From: a virus
Taxonomy: Duplodnaviria; Caudoviricetes
DNA: 25,733 bases
Direction: 5' to 3' (one strand)
Virus record (IMG/VR): IMGVR_UViG_3300025687_000286
Span: 1 to 25,733 of that record
In this document: positions 8,737 through 20,700 of the stretch, one piece after another
How positions within the stretch are numbered: the stretch's first letter is position 1
How the letters are laid out: each line of letters opens with the position of its first letter
Translations under genes and position numbers: made by a program
The notes under the pieces: model-generated
The model's database searches: none
What the model was told of the DNA's origin: nothing
Seen by the model: the letters and a program-made list of their open reading frames with translations, nothing else

Positions 8737-11700
8737 ATGGCACGCATCAGATCAGTTGACTTTTTGCCCGAGATTTTTAAAACCGATGTAAATCGAGAAT
8801 TTCTTGGTGCTACTCTTGATCAGTTAATCCAACAACCAAAGCTGAAACGCACACAAGGTTATGTTGGTCGTAGATTTGGTCCTGGTACTAATTTTAACGA
8901 TGGGTATGTTTTAGAACCATCATTACAGCGTGCAAATTATCAATTCGAACCAGCTGTCGTATTCAAAGACAATGATGGAAATGTTACAGATGCCATGACC
9001 TATGTTGGCATGCTGGATGCTCTTGATGTCAAAGGAGCAAACACATCTCGTGCTGACAGACTGTTTGCTAGTCAGACATATAGCTGGGATCCAAATATTG
9101 ATTTTGATAAATTTATCAATTACAGCCAGTATTATTGGATTCCTGCTGGTCCAGATGCAGTTGATGTAAATGTCGGCAGTGCTGCGCTGATTGATGATTT
9201 TGATGTATCTGCTACTGAGGAAAATTATTATGGTATAAGTGGATTGGTAGGTGACAACCCAACCATCACCCTGGTCAGAGGTGGGGCATACACATTTAAT
9301 GTTAATCAACCAGGAAATCCTTTCTGGATTCAATCAGAACCAGGCACTGATGGCACACTTGACTTTTCGCCTAATCTGAGTAGTCGCGATGTGCTGGGTG
9401 TAGTTAATAACGGCGACGATGTAGGAACAGTTACATTTAATGTTCCAAAATCAACTGATCAAAATTTTTATTATGGTCTTAATAACATTGGCACCATAGA
9501 TCTGGCCACCATGGCCAGATTTGATAGCATCCACAACAGATTGGTTTCTTTGGTAGATAACATTGATGGTATTACTGATCTTGAAGGTAAGACTCTGGTG
9601 TTTTTAAATCCACAACAAGGAGATCCCGAAGACCTGGGTTGGGTCGATTACACCCCATATGATTCATCCAGATTTGATCAGGGTGATCCATATCCTGAAA
9701 TTGTATTTGAACCTACCAGATATATTACCGATCAAGATGAGCGTTATGGATTATACAGAATCACCTATGTAGATCTAAACGGCAGCACGTTTATAAAACT
9801 AATCAAGATTAGTGATATTGATGTCAATGATAAGTTTAAGATTGGCAGCGGCGCCGAATACAGCAACACCCAGTACTATAAAAACGCATCAGGATTTTTT
9901 GAAAAAATTCCTCAACTCACTGCCCTTGATAACATTTTATACTATCAGGATGGCGTGAATCCACTGCGTTTTGGAGTCATTCAACTGGTAGATCCAGAAT
10001 CTGATGCAGTTATCAATGTTGATGCTATTCTTGGAAGACAAACTTATACCAGTCCAAATGGAGTAGTGTTTACCAACGGATTAAAAATAAGATTTGCAAG
10101 TGTAACTGAGCCCAGTTTTTATCAAAATAATGAATATATTATTGAAGGTGTGGGTCACAGCATTGAATTGATTCCGGTTGCAGATTTAGTCACACCAGAA
10201 ACGTATGTTAATACAGATTCAGAATTGTTTGATTTATCACCATTTGATACACTGGGATTTGATGGCAGTTTTAATGCTCCTTTAAATCCTGACTATCTGA
10301 CAATCAAAAGAAACTCAGCAGACTCAAATGCCTGGAGTCGATATAATCGTTGGTTCCATCGAGATGTAATTCTAGCCACCGCAGAATACAACAACAGTGT
10401 TGCAAATTTTGATAGTGATTTACAAGCCAAACGTCCCATTATTGAATTTAATGCCGGATTAAGATTATTTAATTATGGCACACAAGCAAAACAGCCTGTG
10501 GACATAATTGATTTAACACAAGTAGATGCGTTGTCAAACGTTAATGGAAGCACCGGCTATTTTGTTGACGGATACCAGTTAATCAACGGTACCAGAATAA
10601 TTTTTGCTGCTGATCAGGATGCGTCTGTGCGCAATCGAATCTATACTGTGCAAATTGTTGATCCTGATGATCTCAGCACAGAATATGGAAATATCATAAA
10701 CCTGGTTCCAGCCGACGACACACAAGTCGTCACAGATGAAACGGTGTTGTGTTTGAGCGGCAACACACTACAGGGTAAGATGTTCAGATATACTGGGGCT
10801 GTATGGATTGAGGCACAACAAAAAACACAGACCAATCAGGCTCCATTGTTTGATGTTTTTGATAGTGATGGTTATAGTTTTGGAGATACATCAGTATACC
10901 CAAGTAATACGTTTACTGGAAGTAAATTATTTTCCTATAAGCAAGGATCAGGCAGAAATGATCCTGTGTTAGGTTTTCCTTTAACATATCTAAACATTGA
11001 CAATCTGGGTGATATTGTGTTTGAAAACAATCAATACTCAGACACGTTTGTGTACGCAAATAATAGCACACGAACTCAAAGACAAGTCAGTGATGGATTT
11101 GTGAGAAAGTACTCATCCAGAACAGAATACGAAAATAAAATTGGTTGGACAACCAGTGTTGATCGTAACTGGCAACGTCAGGTATTCACATTTGAATATC
11201 AGGGTAAACCTTTGTTACTGGACGTTGCGCCCAGAACTGATATCACAGTGCCTGGGATAAAAGTATATGCAAATAATCAGTTCATTGATCCAGACAATTA
11301 CATAATCACAGTTAACTCACCAGCTACGGTCACATTTAAACCAAATACAATAACCGCAGGCACAATGGTGCAGGTTAAAATTATTAGTGACGAGGCTAGT
11401 GGTATTGGATATTACGAAATTCCCAATAGCCTGGAAAGCAACCCGTTCAATGAAAATGCCAATACAATTACTTTGGGAACGGTCAGGAACCATTTTAATC
11501 GTTTGGCCGAAAATATCGTTGCATTTGATGGTATTATCAATGGCGCCAATAATTTGCGTGATCTGGGAGACATCACTGGATATGGAGATACCATTGTTCA
11601 ACATTCAGCCCCAGTGACACCTGCGGCGTTTTTCCTACGCAAAGAAAAATATGATTTCTTTGGTGCATTGCAATATGTTGGAACACAATATGAAAAAACC

Positions 11701-14700
11701 AAATATCTGATTCTGGATTGGGTTAATAATAATGACACCTATGGTATGACTCATGGTGAAATTCTCGATGCTGCACTGACTGAAATTAATGCTGGTAAAT
11801 CCAATGATTCCACATTCTTTTGGAGTGACATGATTCCTGCAGGCGGTAACTATGTTGAAACCATTCATGAAATCACAGCAATAACCACTGGAACATTTAA
11901 CACAAACAACGTATATGATTTTACCTCAGCCAACCAGCAGGGGCTTCTGGTATATCTGAACGATACACTGTTGCTTAAAGACTATGACTATACTGTGGCA
12001 ACTGATGGGCCCAGAATTACTATTTTAACACAAACACAGACCGGAGATCTTTTAAAAGTCAGAGAATATTCGTCTACATTGGGTAATTTTATTCCTGAAA
12101 CTCCAACCAAAATGGGCTTGTATCCAAAATATGAACCCAAGATATATGTTGATAACACATACGTCGAGGATCAAACTGTAATTCAGGGACATGACGGAAG
12201 TATCTATATTGGATTTAATGATGTACGCGATTCAGTTTTACTGGAATTTGAAAAAAGAATATACAATAATTTAAAAGTTAATTCAGACACTCCGATTGTA
12301 TTGAGCGATGTGCTACCCGGAAAATTCAGAAACACAGATTATACTGATTCAGAAATTACCGAAATTCTTTCAGCAGAGTTACTGAACTGGGTAGGTTGGC
12401 ATAAAATTGATTATAAGACTCAGAACTATTTGTCCACAAATGAATGGACCTGGAATTATAGCCGCGCTGGATCCACACTGGATAATACTCCACTCAAAGG
12501 AAACTGGCGGGGAATATATAAAAATTATTATGATACTGATCGTCCACACACTAATCCCTGGGAAATGCTTGGATTCAGTGAAATGCCTGACTGGTGGGAA
12601 GCAGAATATGGTCCAGCACCATATACTTCAGGGAACCAAATTTTATGGGATGATCTGGAAGCTGGGTATATCAGAGGCACCAATACATATGATAGTAGAT
12701 ATGCCCGTGCTGGACTATCAGCTATTATTCCTGTGGATAGCGAAGGGCAACTAAAAAATCCATTTGAGTTCTTAGTTTCAAACTATAATCAGAGTGATTT
12801 TAAGAAAAGCTGGATTGCCGGAGATATTGGCCCAGCAGAAAATGCATGGAGACGGTCAAGCTCTTGGCCATTCGCTGTGCAAAAATTGCTCGCCCTAACA
12901 AAACCAGCCGAATATTTTGCACTGGGTATAGACAGAGATTTATACACATATAGTAATACACTGGATCAATATGCTTATGCTAGACGGTACAGATTGGACG
13001 TCAAAACCATTGATGTTTATAATGACACAACACCCAAGCACAGTTATATCGACTGGATCGCTGAGTATAACCGCAGCACAGGCGTACCTGATACCGATGG
13101 GTTAAACACTGAAATATCTGAGTTAGATGTTAGACTTGCATATCGCATGGGCGCATTCACAGATAAAAAATATCTTAAAATCTTCACAGACAAGAGCAGC
13201 CCAGACAGTTCTAACACAAGTCTGCTAATACCTGACGAAAGTTATGATCTGTTGCTTTATAAAAACCAATCATTTGCTGATATTCAGTTCTCTAGTGTAA
13301 TGATTCAACGCACAGATAATGGATACGCTGTGTATGGTAATAGTCAGACAGAAGCATATTTCCGTATACTAGAAAGTTCCACCAGCGGCGATTTTGAAAC
13401 AATTACAGTGGGATCAACCAGAATAAGAATCCCCACTAAATTTACTTCCAGAGTGGTTCGTGTTCCTTACGGCTATACATTCACAAGTATCAACAGTGTT
13501 GTTGATTTCTTAGTGAGTTATGGTGCTTTCCTAGAAGCAGCCGGCATGACCTTCGATGATGTTGAAAACAATATTATACTGTCCTGGGCACAAATGGCAC
13601 AAGAGTTTGTTTACTGGGCTGATCAGAACTGGGTTACCGGAAGTTTAATCAACATTAACCCTTCGGCAAGTGTATTAAAACATCAGCGTCCGTTGTCAGT
13701 AATTGATAATTTAAACAATCTGGCCATTAATGAACGTCCGCTTGATCAGAACAGACAGCCATTAAAATCAGATGATTTTTCAATTGTTCGGTTAGACAAC
13801 CAATTCAAACTGGTTATGTTGGCTGATAAATCGTTGAGTTACTTGAGATTGAGAAGCACCAGCTACGAGCATCTGCTAATCATGGATAATGTTAGCATCT
13901 TTAATGATCTGATGTATCAGCCAGTGACTGGTCTAAGACAACAACGAATCAAAATTGACGGATTCACCACATTTGAATGGAACGGACAATTAGATGCACA
14001 AGGATTTATTATCAACCAGGATAATGTGTCTGATTGGAATGCTAATTTAAATTACAACAAGGGCGACATTGTCAAATATAAGAATTCATACTGGTCGGCA
14101 TCTGAAAAATTACAACCAACAGAAACATTTGAATATGATGACTGGATTAAAATTGATTACGATCTAATCAACAAAGGAATGATTCCCAACATCAGCAGCA
14201 AAGCTGATCAAATGACAAAATACTATGATAACGCAACTGCTAATTTAGAAAGTGATGTTGATTTGCTTGCATTTGGTATTACTGGATTCCGCCCCAGAGA
14301 TTACTTAGAAAGTCTTAACATTGGTGATTTAAGTCAAATCAACATCTATAGTGATCTTGTCAACCACAAAGGAACACCATCGAGCGTTAAACTATTCCAG
14401 GGTGTGACTTTTGATAAAGATTTAGCCGAATATAACATTTATGAAAACTGGGCCATCAAGCGTGCAACTTATGGTGCAAATGATAACAAGCGATTTGTGG
14501 AATTTTCGTTAGATGGTCAGCTAATTGAATCCAATCCTAGCATTATTGAAGTTAATACATTGGGTGTAGATACTGTCGCAGATCAACTGATTCAAATCGA
14601 CAACATCTACAAACAAAGCAACAAAAATACAACCACAAATATTTTTCCAGAATTAACAGAGGTTATAACTGATGTCGCATTGCCCAGTGCAGGATATGTG

Positions 14701-17700
14701 AACAGTGATGACATAGATGTTTCAATTTTTAATCTTGATGATTTAACATCTTTAACAGAACAGTTAGATAAAGTTCGCGATGGCGCATATGTGTGGGTTG
14801 CTAAATCCAACAAATATGACTGGAATGTGTATCGTTGTAGTTTATTAAGATCACAACCAGTTTTTGTGTATCCTGATGAACTGACCACAACCACTATCGA
14901 TTACCGAGTCCGTCAAGATAATCCAAAACTAGTGTCGGTGATCGATAATCTTAATGGAACACTGACACTGGAATTTGATTTGACTGTTGATCTACACAAA
15001 GATGAACTAATAATTGTCAAATATTTTAATGATACAATCAATGGAGCACATCAAATTCTATCAATTGAAGGCACAAAATCAGTTACTGTATCTGGGTCTC
15101 TTACCGGAAGCACAACAGTTGCAACAGGCAACGGAATTGTATTCAAACTAACCGCGGCCAGAGTTGATCAAGCGAGTGATATTGCAAACACAGAATATAA
15201 CAGCAATTTAATTCAGGGCGACAAAGTTTGGGTCGATGCTGACATCAACGGCAAATGGAAAGTATACGAGAAAACAGTACCGTTTAGATTGGTACAGAGC
15301 ACCACAGCGCCTGGCACTACAGATAGTTACAATTTTGGAATAAGTTTGGCGCAAGCATTTGATGGATATGGTGCTATAATTGGTGCCACTGAATATACTA
15401 ACCGAGAGAATGCCAGCGGTGGGGTCTATTGTTACAATAAAGACGCCAACACCTATGTATTCGACAGTGTGTTAACCCTGGATCCAAACAAAGCACAAGG
15501 TTACGGAAATGCTGTTGCAATTTCTAAAAACTGGGGAGTTGCTGGTGCCAGCCTGAGTATTAGTGGGCAAGGTTTGGCTACTGTAATATATAGAAATCCA
15601 AGTCAGGATATTTTCCAAAATTGGCAGTATTTAACACTTCCAGTATCAGATCAAGGCAACCAATCTCAAGAGTTTGGTGCAGCCGTTGCAATCAGCGAAG
15701 ACGAAAACTGGATATATGTAAGTGCGCCTGGTATTGCGAGTGTGTATGCATATGAAAAGATTGTATACCAAACCCAAACAGCCACGTTTACAGCAGATGG
15801 CCAGACCACGCAATACGACCTGTCAGCTGATCTAAAAATTAATGCTGCAGAACAGTTAACAGTTTCGTTCAACAATGTTGTTCAGAATAGTACTGGTTAT
15901 TATCTGTCCGGCACAACGTTAATTTTTTATGGTGCACCAGCATCGGGTACAGAAATTAGTGTAACCAGAAAAAACACAACAACAAAGACTGGTGATGGCT
16001 CGACTCTTGCATTTAGTATAACTGAACTTTACACAGCCACATCTATTGATTCATTTAGTGTAGATATTGGCGGAGTTCTTTTGCGTCCATATTACGATTA
16101 TACATTTAACAACTCTACTCAAGAAATAACGTTTACAGTTGCTCCATCTTCTGGATCAACAATATCAATCAGAGCACAGGATTATTACAGATATGTTGGT
16201 AAAATTTCTGGATCGTCCAACGAAGATTTCGGAAGATCAATTAAGACCACAAGCGATGGTCAACAAATAGTAATTGGTGCGCCTGAAGCAACAAACACTG
16301 TTGATGGCGGAACACAAAATTTTGCAGGAAAAACCTATGTATATGAACGCATAGTGGAAAGATTTGTTGTAACTAACAAAACTACTTCGAGATATACAAC
16401 CAGAAGATCAATCGATGCACCCAACGCAGTTAGAATCAACGGTGTAAAACAAATTAATTCAATCAACAATGTTGATTCAAATTATAGTATCGATACTGGT
16501 TCAAACAGTGTTACGATTGATGCAAACCCAGTATTAAACACAGGCGATTTGATTGACATTGATATCAATCAATTCCAGCTAGTACAGACGCTAACTGCAG
16601 AAAGATCCAACCAGGGTGCTTATTTTGGTTCAGCACTTGGAATTTGCAGATCTGATTGCTCTGTGTATGTGAGCGCACCAAAAGACAATACATTACTTCC
16701 TGAAGCAGGCAGCGTTGCTAGATTTGTTAACAGATCCAGAGCATTTGGATATATTGATAGTATAGTTACTAATCCGTCAGTGACTGCCGGTGAAACCATC
16801 AGAATTGATAACATTGATGTACAATTTACTGGAACATCACTAAATCAAGTAGTTTCTGACATTAATTCAGCCGTCGTTCCAAATGTTCAGGCATCGATTG
16901 TTGATAACAAACTCAGAATCAGCATCATCAACACCAACGAATCACCATTGCTTTCTAAAATGACAGTGATGCCAGGTCAGGGAACTGCGTTTGAAACACT
17001 GGGCTTACAGCCATATGAACTAACGCAGACAATCGTAAGTCCCAGACCAGAAGAATACAGTGAATTTGGTTCAAGTATTCATGTTGATTACAGTGCAACC
17101 AATCTGGTTGTTGGTGCAAAAAAATCCAGCGCATTCATTCCAACTGTGTTTGATTCATCTGTTACAACCTTTGATAGCAATACTACTAAACTATCAGATG
17201 TCGTGCCTGATAGCGGCGCAGTGTTCACATTCGATCTGTTATCCAGCTCAGCGTATAACACACCTGGAAAATTTGTGTTTGGACAACAGATCTTTAGCCC
17301 AGATGTCCGAGAGTTGGATGGATTTGGAACGGCTGTTGATTTTACTGATGGCCTTCTTTTGGTTACCAGCCCAGGGTATGATACCACATTAGACAATATT
17401 GGTAGACTGACAGTTTTTGGAAGTTCAACCGGATCTGCTGCGTGGCAACCAATTCAAGAACAGCCGACAAAAGTTGATTATCGATTAATTGACGCTGTTT
17501 ACATTTACGATGCAACCACTCAAGCAGTTAAGACATATTTGGACTTCATTGATCCAGTAAATGGAAAAATCTTGGGCGCAGCACAACAAAACATTGATAT
17601 CATTGGCGCAGTAGACCCAGCCTCGTACAGTGTTAATAACAATGGAACATATTGGGCAGCCAATCACACCGGAACAATCTGGTGGGATACTACTAACGCA

Positions 17701-20700
17701 AGATTTGTAAATTACAATCAACAAGATTTAGTTTACAGTTCTAAAAACTGGGGTACACTAGCAGATGGTAGCAGTGTTGATGTTTATGAATGGATTGAAA
17801 GCTCGGTACCACCGGCGCAATATACAGGTGCAGGAACAGTCAAAGATATAGATCAATACACAGTTATCAGTGGATTGGATCAGACCAGAACGATTACTAC
17901 TCGTTATTATTTCTGGGTCAAAGATTACACCACAGTGAATAGAAAACTAGGAAAAACACTGAGTGCTACTGCGATTGCATCTTATATCCAAAATCCACAA
18001 AGTTCAGGAATTCCATATGCAGCAATGATGAGAAAAAATGTTGTTGCTCTGTATAATGTTAATGAATATGTGGACGAGTCCAACAGTATTTTGCATATTG
18101 AATACAATCAAAACTTTAATGAAAACAAAGTGTTTGTTGAATATGATTTAATCAGAGAACAGAGACCAAAAGATTTCTTGTCTGATAGCATATATCGAAA
18201 ACTTCAAGACAGTTTCTGTGGTACAGATACACTGGGCAGTAAAGTGCCAGATATTAATCTATCTCCTGACGACAGATATGGTGTTGAATTTAGACCCAGA
18301 AGAAGTCTGTTTGTTGATCGGTTAGCAGCATTAAAAATTTACATCACAAATGCAAATCTATTGCTTGCTCAACAACCATACGCTGAGTTAACCGCATTTA
18401 ATATTTTAAATAGCAAAGATCCTATTCCGTCCAGTTCTTCAGGAGCGTATGATGATCGTGTTGCTGATCTTTCAGAATTAAGCTATCAAAACTTACAATT
18501 GGTTAGTCCTGGATACAAGTTGTTGGTTGAGTCTGATAGTAGCAACAATGGATTATGGACCATATACCAGGTGCAACCCGACCTATCTTTGATGCTAATC
18601 AGAGTACAAAATTACAATACACCCAATTACTGGGATTATGCTGATTGGTATGCAGACGGATATAACACTCTTTCTAAACCATCAAGAATTGTCGATACCT
18701 ATAGCGAGCTTCTTGCACTAACAGTGCCCAACGACACACTAGTAAAAGTTAATGTTAATAGCACCGGTAATTGGGAACTTTACAACTACAATAGTCTAAC
18801 TGGTTGGACAAGAGTAGGCACCCAGAACGGCACAATACAGTTAAGTGATGCATTGTGGGATTATACAAACACAGGATTTTATGGATTTGATGTTGAGATT
18901 TTTGATGCACAGTATTTTGATCAAGAGCCAGTTACAGAAACTCGACAAATAATTAAAGCAATTAATGAAGAATTGTTTGTTGGGAATTCTGTTGCACAAA
19001 GAAATCAACTCTTGGTCATGATGTTTAATTACATCTTATCTGAACAAGGATCCATTGATTGGCTGTTTAAGACCAGTTTGATTGATGTTGAACACAAGGT
19101 CAGAAATCTTGAAAAGTATAATGTTTACAGAAGAGACAATCAAACATTTGTACAAAAATATATTGAAGAATCTAAACCATATCATGTTAAGATCAAAGAT
19201 TTCTTGTTGAAATATGAAGGTATTGACTTATATGATGGTAGCGCAACTGATTTTGATAATCCTGCGGCATATGATTCAGTTTATGAAAGATACATAAGTC
19301 CGATTTTAGATGATGGCTTTGCTGTTCTGGAAACAGACCCAAGCAATCGCTTATCAACGGATGCTGTGTGGAATACTATACCTTGGTCAGACTGGTACAA
19401 CAATCATCTGCTCACAGTAGATGAAATTAGTATAACCAATGCTGGTTCTGGATATACTGTGCCGCCCACTGTTAACGTTATTGGTGATGCCACTCAACCA
19501 GCACAAGCAGTCGCACTGATTAACTCTGTGGGGCAGATTACTGAAATTCAAATCACAACACCGGGTTATGGATACAGAACTACTCCAATCGTAGAAATCA
19601 CTGGTGGGAATGGTACTGGTGCACGTGCTACCGTGTACATGAAAAATGATCTGGTCAGAAATATCAAAACCACAATCAAATATGACCGTTATGAATATCA
19701 GAGCCAGATTGTGGACTGGACACCAGACACAGTTTACAACGAGGATCAGCTGGTGCGTTACAACGACCGTGTATATCGCGCAAGTTTAGCAGATGGCAGT
19801 TCAATTCAGGAATCAACCTTTGACCCAGAAAATTATGAACTAGTAGATGCATCCACACTGAGTGGTGTTGATCGTACCACTGGTTTTTATGTCGCTGATG
19901 TAAACAATCCTGGATTAGATTTAGCATTGTTGATCGACGGAATTGACTATCCAGGTGTGCAAGTACAAAGCACAAGCTTCAGCGATAACACTGGCTATGA
20001 TATTGGAAATTTTGATATTACACCATTTGATAATATTGATTATGGTCCAGAAGGACTACCCACGTACAGTGATGCCATATTAGATGCAGAGTACAGCAGT
20101 TTGTTTACAGATATCTATATCGGAACACGTGCAGAAGACATTAATGTGGACGGTGGTGCATTTATTGATGAATATAGTTCGCATGCTCCAGAAGAACTGG
20201 TGCCTGGTGCAATATTTGACACACTTGATATGACAGTCAGAACCAGACCTGGACATGATTATACTGGTAATGGACATGCATCACAGATTAAAGGCATAAC
20301 ATATGTTTATGATGGTGGAAACACATTTAGCTTTGCTGGCGTTGTTGAACACCCTGTGGAATTAGTGGTATTCAATGGTACCACCGGTAACAGACTTTAT
20401 AATACCAGAAATTATACCATCGACTGGGTAAACAGAACAATCACAATAACTTCTGGAGCATCGTCCGGGCAAACTGTAAAGATTTATGTTTATGAAATTG
20501 GCGGCGCACACCAGATATTTAGAAAAAATTACATCGGCAACAAGATTGGAAATCGTATAACTGTGCCAGTGGATATTAACGACATCAATCAAGCACTGAT
20601 ACTAGTAAATGGCGTTGAAACCACAGCATACAACTATGCTGAAACAGTGGTTGGCGAAACTGAATTTACTTTCAGCACATCATACACTGGCAATGATTTC

